NCBI GenBank assembly: GCA_037139335.1
Contig: JBAXGO010000001.1
Coordinates: forward strand, 4,503-68,502
Length of the DNA stretch: 64,000 bases
Reading direction: 5' to 3'
Source: a bacterium
Lineage (GTDB): Bacteria; Patescibacteriota; Dojkabacteria; JAOAGR01; JBAXGO01
The notes beneath the pieces were generated by a model. The model did not search any database. It saw only the letters and a list, made by a program, of their open reading frames with translations, and was not told the DNA's origin. The position numbers and the translations under genes are program-made. Positions 20,212 to 33,256 of the stretch are shown one piece after another; position 1 is the first letter of the stretch, and each line of letters opens with the position of its first letter.

Positions 20212-20701
20212 ATGAAAACAAAAATAGTTGATCTAATAACCAAGTCCTTCCAGCCAGAATCAATATTTAATTACGGTTCTCGGGCCAGAACGGATTGTCT
20301 TGATAAAAGTGATTACGATATTGGTGTTATCTTTTCGGATGCAAACTTTGTTAGCAGAATGGCTTTGAAGAAAGCTATTAATTTAGATGGCGTTAGTGCT
20401 TATCCTTTTCACTTAAATGATTTCAAGAATGGAATGATTGATACTCCATTTCAAAAAAGTATCTTTAGTAATATTTCAAAAACATAAGTTTGCTATTACA
20501 TACGACGAAATTATTAAAGAGTCGGAATTATTAAAATTGCGGAAATACACTGAACTAGTTGCTAATGCATATAAAGTTAGGTTGGGAGAAATGAAAGTCT
20601 ATGAATCTGATCTTTATAAAAATATCTCTTATATTAATAAATTCATAGAACCAAAATTTATGGATTTATATCAATGTTCTGGGGATATTCAATTAATATA
20701 A
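20212..20701 (+). pseudogene. Disrupted nucleotidyltransferase (pol-beta/MNT superfamily)
   Basis: YGSRARTD..KSDYDIG motif; reading frame changes near 20465 into ORF 20438-20701. Confidence 0.65.
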
Positions 20702-21002
20702 AAATTTCTGCGTTGCTCAAATATTGGTTTGTCGAGTATTTTAGTAGCTAAATGTATAAAAAATTTCCATTATTAGTTCTCATAGCTAAACTATGATACG
20801 TAATATTATCTAGTATTAAGCCTTTCTGTCGATATCTATCATTCCAGAATTGCTTTTCATTTTATAAAAATATTATTGGTGGTATTAATTGCACAACTTT
20901 ATAAATCGTTTGTTATAAAAGATATCGTGGAAAAATGTGTGAACGTATGTGGGCAATAGGACTTGCGTGTTATAATCTATCATGCATTTAATATCCTCAT
21001 AA

Positions 21003-21757
21003 ATGTCAAACCCTCCACAAGCATCTGAAATATATGTACCTCGTTATTATATTGAAATCGCCAATAATAAAGGTGGATCGGCTCCTTCTTTTTTAGTTAA
21101 CCGTAATTTAACGCTAGCTATTTTAGAATTAGGTCGTAGTGAAAATATTTATGAATTAATTAATAATAGTATTCCAGTCCCAGAGCTTCTGAAAAGAGTA
21201 GATAGGTTCTTTGCTTTTGGCGATAAATTTGGATGGAATAAAACAAGAAAACTTCAAGTTATAAATGACGCAGGGCGAAGACCTTTCCTTCCTCAAGGTA
21301 TTGAACATAAAAAAGAAAAAATATTGAAGTATATGTTGCTAAATCGGGACTATTAGGTCGTCAAACAATTAAGCTTGCACTGGTGGATTTTGTATCAGAA
21401 CCTACACAATCGGAAAGTAATGCCGGTTATAGAGAAGTTATTCGGTTACAATTTGGTAATCCATTTGGTGGTGATTCCGCTTTGATTGTTATTGGAAAAA
21501 AGATTCCTGGACAAAATAAATTATTATATTCTTATACTATTCGTGATACTAGATTTGATCCGTGGGTGCAAGTTTACATTTCTAATATAAATAATCCTGA
21601 TAATAGATTTGTAACGGAAAACGATGAGGTAGTCCGAGATATATCTTCATATGGATTTGAATATCAGACTGGATTCTTACAATATATGGGGATTCCAACT
21701 TTTTCAAGGCATGTTGGTGATTATTCTCCTGTATCGATTAAGAATAATAGAAATTAA
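21003..21757 (+). pseudogene. Hypothetical gene split by a frameshift in an A-run (21003-21356 plus 21383-21757)
   Basis: Downstream frame is open from 21311; one added A in AAAAAAGAAAAAAT gives a continuous ~250-aa ORF. Confidence 0.5.
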
Positions 21758-21764
21758 TTATTAT

Positions 21765-22967
21765 TTAATCTACCCACACTGGAGTGTCAATTTCTGCCCA
21801 ATTATAAAGCCATTTTACATTTGTTAATGGTGTCCTGATGCAACCTAAACTTCCTCTGGTGTGATAGTCCATTCCTCCGTAATTAGTTGGAGTAGGGGTG
21901 TCGTGAATTCCATAATCTTGGTAAAAAGGCATCCAATAATTTACTAATACATCATAATTATGACCACTTGTGTCGACTCCTCTCAGATGTTCTTGTTCTT
22001 TTTTTTGAAATATCGCGAATTTACCTGTTACTGTTGGGGATAAATCTTTTCCAGTAGTTACTACTGTTGTAAAAACTGGAACTCCATACTCATATGCGTA
22101 CATCTTTTGATCAGCAATACTGATGTATATGAATTTTGGTGCGTTGTTTTTTGCGGTTGGAGCCTGAACGTTCTTTGCTTGATTATCTTTCTTTTGTTGC
22201 TCAATTTGTTTTTCTAATTCTTGTGCGGAAGATAATTGTGCAGATAAGTTAGGCGTATACACTGTTTTTACATCACTATATGCTATTGTTTTACCTTTCC
22301 ATTTGGTGAGTAAGTCAGAAACTTTCGATTTGTAATCTGTTAATGATGTTGCGATATTTTCTTTGGTTGGTACTGTTGAAAAATATTTTGCAAGTCTATT
22401 GGCTTCTGTTTCGTTAGTAAGTAATTCGTTGTATAGATTAATTTCTTTTGAAAAAGATAATTCAACTGCTAATTTTACGTCTAATTCGTAAACAGTGAAC
22501 GTATTAATATTAGGAATTGGTATTGAAGGGTTATTTAAAGCTTGTTTTAGTGAAGTATATTGGCTTTTTATCTCTTCATAACTTGGCAATTCTGTAGCTT
22601 CTGGCAAGCTCAAATTTTGTTCGATTTTATTTAATGTTTGTAATGTATTTTCTTTATAGTAATTTTTGTTATTAATTTCGATATCTTTCTTGTAATTTGA
22701 AAGTTCAGAATTAATGGACTTTAATTCGAAGATATATTTAATATTATTAATTTTATTTTTTGCTTCGCTCATAGCGACTTTTATTTCAGAATATTTATTA
22801 GAGTCAACATCCTTAATAAGGCTGATTGCAGATTCTATAGAATTAATAGAACTTGTTGCCTTATTGTTTTCGCTAATAAAGAACCATATGAAAGTTCCTA
22901 ATATTGTGACTACTATTAATACAATAGTAAGAAATGTGAATAATAGGATTGTTTTTATGTTTTTCAT
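21765..22967 (-). CDS. Membrane-anchored L,D-transpeptidase (YkuD domain)
   Basis: N-terminal TM, helical stalk, YISIADQKMY, TVTGKF, YGIHD...GSLGCIR catalytic motif. Confidence 0.92.
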   Translation of the reverse strand: MKNIKTILLFTFLTIVLIVVTILGTFIWFFISENNKATSSINSIESAISLIKDVDSNKYSEIKVAMSEAKNKINNIKYIFELKSINSELSNYKKDIEINNKNYYKENTLQTLNKIEQNLSLPEATELPSYEEIKSQYTSLKQALNNPSIPIPNINTFTVYELDVKLAVELSFSKEINLYNELLTNETEANRLAKYFSTVPTKENIATSLTDYKSKVSDLLTKWKGKTIAYSDVKTVYTPNLSAQLSSAQELEKQIEQQKKDNQAKNVQAPTAKNNAPKFIYISIADQKMYAYEYGVPVFTTVVTTGKDLSPTVTGKFAIFQKKEQEHLRGVDTSGHNYDVLVNYWMPFYQDYGIHDTPTPTNYGGMDYHTRGSLGCIRTPLTNVKWLYNWAEIDTPVWVD

Positions 22968-23351
22968 GCTTTTTGTGACTTCTCAAATAATGCCATGTTT
23001 TAATACATTCGTAAAGAGTAAAGATACTTACATATGTATAAAACTATAATATGATAATTATATTTCTATTTATTCAAATTATTCGTAAATTTTATCATAA
23101 TTTTGTTAAAAAATTGTAATATTTTGTATGTTTTTGTAATTATATGATTTTCAATCTTTATCTATCTGCATTAATGCCGTGATTATCTATGTTTTTTATG
23201 TATTAAATGTGTTGCATTTTGTAATAACATATGGTATATTTTCAGCCGATATGACGCTAATGTCCTCTATTCATAATACAAGTCAATTACCACGCGCGTA
23301 GTTAGACCTCTGTAGTGATATTATTCTTTATAGAACTGATAAATCTAAGTG

Positions 23352-23380
23352 TTGCGGTTTATGAATTATTATGATAATAT
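23352..23380 (+). promoter_or_regulatory. Promoter of the 23S-5S unit (possible second upstream promoter at 23212-23240)
   Basis: TTGCGG-17 nt-TAATAT with extended -10 TG; downstream CACCGTGCTTT resembles CACGATGCTTT at the 16S promoter. Confidence 0.65.
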
Positions 23381-23561
23381 CACCGTGCTTTGCTAATGTA
23401 AGTTATAAGTTGAAGATTAAGAAGTAAGTCTTCAGCTTGAAAGCTTGTAAAAGCAATCAAATGTTCCTTTAAAACTGAATAGGTTATTTTTGCAAAATTC
23501 AATTGAGTCTAATTATAAAACAAGTCTCTTGTTTTTGGTGGATTCATTGTTCGTAAATTTG

Positions 23562-26683
<3,122 letters not shown>

Positions 26684-26814
26684 AATTTACGAATTTTTGC
26701 AAAAATTAGCCTGTTCAGTTTCAAAGGAATATATACTGAATTATTAGTGACAAATTAATAATTTAGTGATATACTCCCAGAGTGTTCATACGACAGTTAG
26801 TAATGCTGACTGTT

Positions 26815-26930
26815 GTATGGTCACTGTAGCGAAGCGGCACTACCTCTTCCCATACCGAACAGAGTCGTAAAACGTTTTTGCGCCGAAAATACTCGGACCT
26901 TAGGTCCCGGGAAAATAGGTCGTGGCCAGC
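26815..26930 (+). rRNA. rrf: 5S rRNA
   Basis: TGGTCAC/GTGGCCA helix I, CCCATACCGAAC loop C, GGGAAAATAGGTCG. Confidence 0.92.
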
Positions 26931-26931
26931 C

Positions 26932-26968
26932 AAAAGAGCATCTATGCTAAAACATAGGTGCTTTTTTG
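26932..26968 (+). terminator. rRNA terminator
   Basis: AAAAGAGCATCTATG/CATAGGTGCTTTTTT hairpin. Confidence 0.85.
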
Positions 26969-27222
26969 CTTTACAAATAACATCTTTTCCCTCTACTCAA
27001 AGTCGGTATTATCTGCTATAATACCGTGCATTTTTATATGCGCATTTAAAGGAGGATTTAATCGTTGACTAGGTTTAGTTAACAAATTAAAGAAAAATGC
27101 AGTCCTGGAATCATCATGTAAATGATAATTGTAGGGATGTCTTTTTTTATTTGCAAAAAGTTTATTGTATTAGGATTTTGTACAAAAACTTATTATTTAT
27201 AAAATCCGAAAGAAAAAGGTTA

Positions 27223-28371
27223 ATGATGGATGATTTTAAAAAATTAATTCAGGACAATCTTGAAACTGTTGCCAAATTACCAAAACTTAAAAAAGGTGAT
27301 TTGATCCAAGGAAAGGTTGTGGATGTAAAAAAAGGAACTGTTTTGGTAGACATTGGTGCCAAGTCAGAAGGTGTTATAAGTGGTAAAGAACTTGCTACAA
27401 AGGAAAAATTAGAAATCAATGTTGGTGATGGTATTATGGTTTACGTTGTAAACCCAGAAGATGAGGTTGGTAACATTGTTCTTTCTCTTAGAAGAACAGA
27501 TGCCGTACGAAGATGGTTAGCTCTAGAACTTGCTCAAAAAAGTGATGAAGTTGTAGTTGCTACTGTTACAGAAGCAAATACAGGTGGTGTTTTGGTCATG
27601 GTTGGTGGTTTATCCGGATTTATCCCTACCTCACAACTTTCACAAGAAGTTATGGCGCAGACCGGTATTTCCAATATGTCCAAAGATGATATTTCTGCAA
27701 TTCCTATGAAGCTAAATGAACTTGTAGGTAAAGAAATTAAAGCTAAGATCATGGAATTGGATAGAAAGAAAAATAGAATCATTCTTTCTGAAAAACTTGT
27801 TGTAAATGCTCAATCTGTCAAAGAAAGAGAAGCTACATTGAAGAGAATCAAGGTAGGAGATGCATTAACTGGTCAGGTTACAGGTATAACTCCATTCGGG
27901 TTATTTGTAAACGCAGAAGGATTGGAAGGATTAGTCCATCTTTCAGAAATGTCATGGGACAAAGTCGACAATCCAGCAGATCTTTATGAAGTTGGTAAGA
28001 GTATTAAAGTTCAGCTCATTGGTCTTTCTGACAATGGCAAAAGAGTTGCATACTCAATCAAAAGACTTACACCAGATCCATGGGCAACAGTTGTATCAAA
28101 ATACAAAGTTGGTCAATTGGTTAGTGGTAAGATTACTAAAATTGCAGTATTCGGTGCATTCGTAAGAATTGATGATGGTCTAAATGGACTTATTCATATA
28201 TCTGAACTTTCAGATAAAATGGTCACAAATCCTGAGGATGTTGTAAAAGTTGGTGATGCTGTAGAAGTTATGATAATTTCTATCTCTCCCAACGAAAGAC
28301 ATCTTGGTCTAAGTCTCAAAAGAGTGAATGGTAAAGAAGTTGAGTCTTTGGATGAAGAAATGATTAAGTAA
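27223..28371 (+). CDS. rpsA: 30S ribosomal protein S1, four S1 domains (probable start 27223 or 27226)
   Basis: VDIGAKSEG, GFIPTSQL, GLVHLSEMSW, GLIHISEL repeats; AAGG SD-like sequence before ATGATG. Confidence 0.95.
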   Translation: MMDDFKKLIQDNLETVAKLPKLKKGDLIQGKVVDVKKGTVLVDIGAKSEGVISGKELATKEKLEINVGDGIMVYVVNPEDEVGNIVLSLRRTDAVRRWLALELAQKSDEVVVATVTEANTGGVLVMVGGLSGFIPTSQLSQEVMAQTGISNMSKDDISAIPMKLNELVGKEIKAKIMELDRKKNRIILSEKLVVNAQSVKEREATLKRIKVGDALTGQVTGITPFGLFVNAEGLEGLVHLSEMSWDKVDNPADLYEVGKSIKVQLIGLSDNGKRVAYSIKRLTPDPWATVVSKYKVGQLVSGKITKIAVFGAFVRIDDGLNGLIHISELSDKMVTNPEDVVKVGDAVEVMIISISPNERHLGLSLKRVNGKEVESLDEEMIK

Positions 28372-28381
28372 TTTGTATCCT

Positions 28382-28414
28382 AGGGCTGCGGAGTGATCTT
28401 CGCAGCCTTTTTTT
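28382..28414 (+). terminator. Intrinsic terminator after rpsA
   Basis: GGCTGCGGAG/CTTCGCAGCC hairpin plus T-tract. Confidence 0.85.
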
Positions 28415-28526
28415 ATTCATCTCAAATTCACTTATCGTGCTATATATTATAGATAGTAAAAAAGTATACATGTGCAAGATGAATTAGCAATATAAAATCA
28501 TATCTGCTAAAATTGGTCTCGAGTAA

Positions 28527-30968
28527 TTGTTAATGGAATTTATGAAAATACAGAAAACATCAAAAAATTTGGATGAAACATTGAGAATATCTGTTGATAT
28601 TGCTAAAAATTATAATTGTTTAGTTCTTGATGAAAGTATTTTGTTTGCGGCTCTTCTTTCTTTGAAAGAATCTGCTGCTGTCAGAGCACTTCAAGAATTT
28701 GATATTGAGATTGATTCAACTATTGGTAATGTTTTAAGTGCGATTAAAAATAATCTGTCTATTGCTCCTACGTATGACATGTCTGAAAATACGAATAGGA
28801 CAATGGTAATTTCTACAATGTATAAAAAAATATTAGAAGATGCGTACAAAGTTGCGATGCAGATGCCAGCGCCATATGTGGGCACTGAACATTTATTAAT
28901 TGCATGGTATGAAGATGTAGATAATGAAATTAAGGAAAACTTAGTAAAGAAGGGGATAGATCATCAAGCTTTGTACGTTGCGATAAAAAATACGGTTAAG
29001 TATCCAGTTTTTTTTGATGATAAGAATACTAATGAAAAATCTGGTGTTTTGAAAATGATTGGAAAAAATCTAACTGAGATGGCAAGAAAAAAAATGCTTG
29101 ATCCAGTTATTGGTAGAGATAAGGAAATGGATCGTCTGGCTTCAATTTTAATGAGAAGGACTAAAAATAATCCTATACTAATTGGTGATGCTGGAGTTGG
29201 AAAAACAGCAATTGTTGAAGGTTTTACACAAAAAATAGCAAATGGTACAGCACCGTATCTATTTAAAGATAAAACTATTTGGCAGATTGATTCAGCAGTT
29301 TTGTTTGCAGGAAGTCCTATGCGTGGTGATATTGAAAATAAATTATTAGCGTTGATAGATGAAGTAAGTAATGAGAAAACTTCGATACTGTTTATAGATG
29401 AAATTCACACCTTAATAAGCGGTGCACAAGGCGGAGGCGGGGATATTGCCAATGTTTTGAAACCGGCGCTAGCTAGAGGTCAGCTGCGCTGTATTGGAGC
29501 TACGACCTATGCTGAATATGTTAAATATATTGAATCCGATCCAGCTTTGGCTAGAAGATTTCAGCCAATATTTGTTGATGAAATTGATGCAGAAAGTGCC
29601 AAAATTATTGTAAATAAAATCAAGCCGATGCTCGAAAAACATCATCATGTATCTATTTCCGAAGCGATAGTAGAAGAATCTATTGAACTGTCTGAAAGAT
29701 ATATTACAGAAAGGTATTTACCTGACAAAGTAATTGATCTTTTGGATGAAGCAGCATCCAAGATTAATTTAAAATACGTCAGTGTTCTTGATGAAAATAT
29801 TGGGGTTTTACAAAGTTTGGAAGAAGAACAGCAAAGATTGATTGAAGTTGATGATATCTCTGGCGCAGCAAAAATTCGTGAAGCGAAAAGGGAAATTGAA
29901 AAACTTGTCAACGATATTGCAGCACCTAAGAAGGCACATAGTTTTATGCGTGAAGGAGATTTAAAAGATGTTATAAGTCAATGGACTGGAATTCCGATTA
30001 ACTCTCTGACTACTGCAGATGTCAAAAAAATTAAAAATCTACCATCGATTCTTTCCGAATCTGTGATTGGACAAAAAAAAGCTGTTGATATAGTTTCTGA
30101 TGCATTGCAGGTTGCGAAGGTCGGTATATCTGATGAGAAGAAGCCAATGTCATCTTTTCTTTTTGCTGGTCCAACAGGAGTTGGTAAGACTGAAATGGCG
30201 AGGCAAATTGCGGCGGTTTTATTTGGTTCCAAAGATTATTTAGTCCAGTTGGATATGAGTGAATTTATGGAAGCGCATAGTGTATCTAAATTAATTGGAT
30301 CCCCCCCAGGGTATATTGGTTTTGATACGGGTGGCCAGTTGACTGAAAAAATTAGGAAGAGACCCTACAGTGTGGTTCTATTTGATGAGATAGAAAAAGC
30401 TCATCCAGATGTATTAAATATATTACTTCAGATACTTGAAGAAGGGAAGTTAACAGATAATAAAGGAAGAATTGCAAACTTCAAAAACACGATTATTGTC
30501 ATGACGACAAATTTGGGTGCAGAGGCCATAGCCAATAATGAAATCTTAGGATTAAAGGTAAAAGCATCAAAAGAAGATTCAGAAAAAGAAGCGTATGTGG
30601 AAATGGAGAAAAAAGTTATGGAAGAATTAAAAAAACACTTGTTACCCGAATTGATCAATAGAATTGATCATATTGTAATATTTAAATCTCTGACTAAAAA
30701 AGATATTGAAGAAATATCCAGGCTTCAACTTTTGGAATTGGTTAATAGAATAAAAAAGATTAAAAAAATTCAAGTTAGCTTCACTGACAGTTTGAAAAAA
30801 TATATTGCAAAAGAGGGTTATGATGAAGAATATGGTGCTCGTAATATAAAAAGAAAGGTTAATGAACTTATAGAATCAAAGATTAGTAAATATCTTTTGT
30901 CTCGTCAGAAGGCTGTAAAAGTAATTAATCTAGATTATAAAGATTCTGAAGTCGTCGTAAATTCCTGA
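28527..30968 (+). CDS. clpC: Clp protease ATP-binding subunit ClpC (start may be 28533 or 28542)
   Basis: Clp N-domain, GDAGVGKT, FIDEIH, GPTGVGKT, LFDEIEKAHP, YGAR; short middle domain. Confidence 0.9.
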   Translation: MLMEFMKIQKTSKNLDETLRISVDIAKNYNCLVLDESILFAALLSLKESAAVRALQEFDIEIDSTIGNVLSAIKNNLSIAPTYDMSENTNRTMVISTMYKKILEDAYKVAMQMPAPYVGTEHLLIAWYEDVDNEIKENLVKKGIDHQALYVAIKNTVKYPVFFDDKNTNEKSGVLKMIGKNLTEMARKKMLDPVIGRDKEMDRLASILMRRTKNNPILIGDAGVGKTAIVEGFTQKIANGTAPYLFKDKTIWQIDSAVLFAGSPMRGDIENKLLALIDEVSNEKTSILFIDEIHTLISGAQGGGGDIANVLKPALARGQLRCIGATTYAEYVKYIESDPALARRFQPIFVDEIDAESAKIIVNKIKPMLEKHHHVSISEAIVEESIELSERYITERYLPDKVIDLLDEAASKINLKYVSVLDENIGVLQSLEEEQQRLIEVDDISGAAKIREAKREIEKLVNDIAAPKKAHSFMREGDLKDVISQWTGIPINSLTTADVKKIKNLPSILSESVIGQKKAVDIVSDALQVAKVGISDEKKPMSSFLFAGPTGVGKTEMARQIAAVLFGSKDYLVQLDMSEFMEAHSVSKLIGSPPGYIGFDTGGQLTEKIRKRPYSVVLFDEIEKAHPDVLNILLQILEEGKLTDNKGRIANFKNTIIVMTTNLGAEAIANNEILGLKVKASKEDSEKEAYVEMEKKVMEELKKHLLPELINRIDHIVIFKSLTKKDIEEISRLQLLELVNRIKKIKKIQVSFTDSLKKYIAKEGYDEEYGARNIKRKVNELIESKISKYLLSRQKAVKVINLDYKDSEVVVNS

Positions 30969-31024
30969 TGTGTGAAAAATGACTGCCTATTTCGACTATC
31001 TATAAAACGACCATACTACAGGAC

Positions 31025-31053
31025 TTGACACTGCTCATTATATAGGTTATACT
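31025..31053 (+). promoter_or_regulatory. Near-consensus sigma70 promoter
   Basis: TTGACA-17 nt-TATACT. Confidence 0.8.
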
Positions 31054-31057
31054 GTTG

Positions 31058-31222
31058 TCGTAATAGTAGATCCCTAGGCTTGGTTGGTTAGAAGCTACAC
31101 TGAGCCTACGGATTTGCTATATACGAAAGGGATTCTTTAGTAACTGCCACTTTGGGAACCAATGAAGGAGTATCGTGTATTTCGTCATTGGGGTCGGTTG
31201 GGGCAGTACCGATCCCTTTTTA
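31058..31222 (+). ncRNA. Orphan structured RNA candidate with two long hairpins
   Basis: Starts just after the promoter; GC-enriched; stems contain G-U pairs on the + strand; ends in a U-run. Confidence 0.6.
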
Positions 31223-31389
31223 TTCTTCAGCTACTTATTATAGAAATTCAAAAATTCCTCGTAATTGTTATCACTTAGTGCTGAAAAATAGAAAAAATGT
31301 GCTCCAATTTGTATTGACTATAATTTTAACTACTATATAATACTAGTAGTTTTACCCTCATAAAATTTTATTTTTTTCATAAAACCACC

Positions 31390-33201
31390 ATGGCTCGTAC
31401 TAAATTACTTACTGTAAATACTTCTGAGGATACTGAAATTCAAGAAAAAAAATCATTATCGAAACCAGGAAAAAAACCAACCATAAAATCTATCAAAGAT
31501 GAAATAAAGGTTGAAAAAAAAGTTAAACCAGTAAAGGAATTAGTGAAAAAAGCTATCGTTGAAAAAGTTTTAATAGAAGAGAAAACTATTGCTAACCAAG
31601 ACATTAAGCCCGTGGAAATAAATAAAGAGGTTGTTCAAGAAAAAGTTTCTAGTAATCAAATCGAAGAAAAAAATACAACTGTTGAAAAAACAAGAAGTGG
31701 TTTTGAAGGCCAGGTTATTAAACATGTGTCAAACGAAATGAAAAGACCATTTAATAATGATAGAAATAGACCTATGAGAAACCATGAAAACGGAAATTCT
31801 AATCAGTTCGGCAAGAAACCGTTCGATAATAAATACCAACAAAAAGGAAACTCAAACGTTCAAAATAATAGATCAATGCCGCCACAGTTTAATAATGCTA
31901 GTAATAACGGCAGTAATGTTTCAAAAAGTGTTCCACAGTTTACACCTTATAAAATCACAGATCTTGAAGGTAAGACTGTTGCGGAGCTTCGAGAGATTGC
32001 ATCAAAAATGAATCTTGAGGGAGTTGGTGAAATGAATAAGCATGATTTAATTATTTTTATTCTTGCAGCTGCTACTCAAAATCAAGGAAATAACATACTT
32101 GTGGAAGGTATATTGGAAATTATGGCTGATGGAACTCATGGTGTATTGAGATCTATGAAACTTTTACCATCAGAAAATGATGTTTATGTGTCTCTTTCTC
32201 AAATAAGAAGATTTAATATGAGAATGGGCGATTTTGTTGTTGGTCTTGCTAGACTTCCAAAAGATAATGAAAGATATTTATCTCTTCTTCGAGTTGATTC
32301 TATTAATGCTACTAAAGCAGAAGAAGCTACTAATAGACCGTATTTCGAAAGAATGACTCCAATATTTCCTAACAAGATAATGAATCTTGAAACAGAACCA
32401 GAAACACTATCTACTAGACTTATTGATTTATTATCTCCAATTGGTTATGGCCAAAGAGGTATGGTTGTTGCTCCGCCAAAAGCAGGTAAAACATGGCTTT
32501 TAAAAGACATTGCTAAAGGCATAAGCCAGAATCATCCTAATGCTCATTTAATGGTTGTTCTAATTGCAGAAAGACCCGAAGAAGTTACAGATATGGCACG
32601 TTTCGTGAAAGGTGAAGTTTTCGCTGCAAATTTTGATGAATCAGCAGAAGTTCAAGTTAAAGTCGCTGAGTTATCTTTGGAGAGAGCAAAAAGAATGGTC
32701 GAGTCTGGACATGATGTTGTAATTCTTCTGGACAGTATTACACGTTTGGCAAGAGCATATAATGTTGTAATGCCTACATCTGGAAGAACATTGTCTGGTG
32801 GTATGGATCCAATTGCTTTGTATCCACCAAAGAGATTCTTTGGGGCTGCACGTAATTTTGAAAATGGTAAAAGTTTAACAATTATTGCGACAGCTTTGGT
32901 TGATACTGGAAGTAAAATGGATGATGTTGTCTTTGAAGAATTCAAAGGTACAGGTAATATGGAGCTTCATTTGGATAGAGCATTATCTGAGAGAAGAGTA
33001 TTTCCTGCTATTAATATTAAAGAATCTGGTACTAGAAACGAAGATCTATTATTAGGTAAGGAGAATCTTGCTAAGATATGGAGCATTCGAAGACTGATTG
33101 ATGAAATGAAGACCATTGATGCTGTTTCAGCAATTGCCGATAGACTCAAAAAAACTAAAACTAATCAATCTTTTCTTGATACAATTCATGAAATAATCTA
33201 A
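31390..33201 (+). CDS. rho: Transcription termination factor Rho with long N-terminal extension
   Basis: DVYVSLSQIRRF, PIGYGQRG..VAPPKAGKT, LDSITRLARAYN, FKGTGNMEL. Confidence 0.97.
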   Translation: MARTKLLTVNTSEDTEIQEKKSLSKPGKKPTIKSIKDEIKVEKKVKPVKELVKKAIVEKVLIEEKTIANQDIKPVEINKEVVQEKVSSNQIEEKNTTVEKTRSGFEGQVIKHVSNEMKRPFNNDRNRPMRNHENGNSNQFGKKPFDNKYQQKGNSNVQNNRSMPPQFNNASNNGSNVSKSVPQFTPYKITDLEGKTVAELREIASKMNLEGVGEMNKHDLIIFILAAATQNQGNNILVEGILEIMADGTHGVLRSMKLLPSENDVYVSLSQIRRFNMRMGDFVVGLARLPKDNERYLSLLRVDSINATKAEEATNRPYFERMTPIFPNKIMNLETEPETLSTRLIDLLSPIGYGQRGMVVAPPKAGKTWLLKDIAKGISQNHPNAHLMVVLIAERPEEVTDMARFVKGEVFAANFDESAEVQVKVAELSLERAKRMVESGHDVVILLDSITRLARAYNVVMPTSGRTLSGGMDPIALYPPKRFFGAARNFENGKSLTIIATALVDTGSKMDDVVFEEFKGTGNMELHLDRALSERRVFPAINIKESGTRNEDLLLGKENLAKIWSIRRLIDEMKTIDAVSAIADRLKKTKTNQSFLDTIHEII

Positions 33202-33256
33202 TAGTCTATGTTTGTTATTGATGCTTTTGAGTCCATTATGATGATATAATAAAGCC

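Noticed and set aside
27097-27222. 42-aa N-terminal extension of S1 in the ORF track
   Set aside because: Overlaps leader hairpins and a T-tract; a better start with an SD lies at 27223/27226
31152-31340. 62-aa ORF upstream of rho
   Set aside because: TTG start without a clear SD; runs through the structured RNA and the rho promoter
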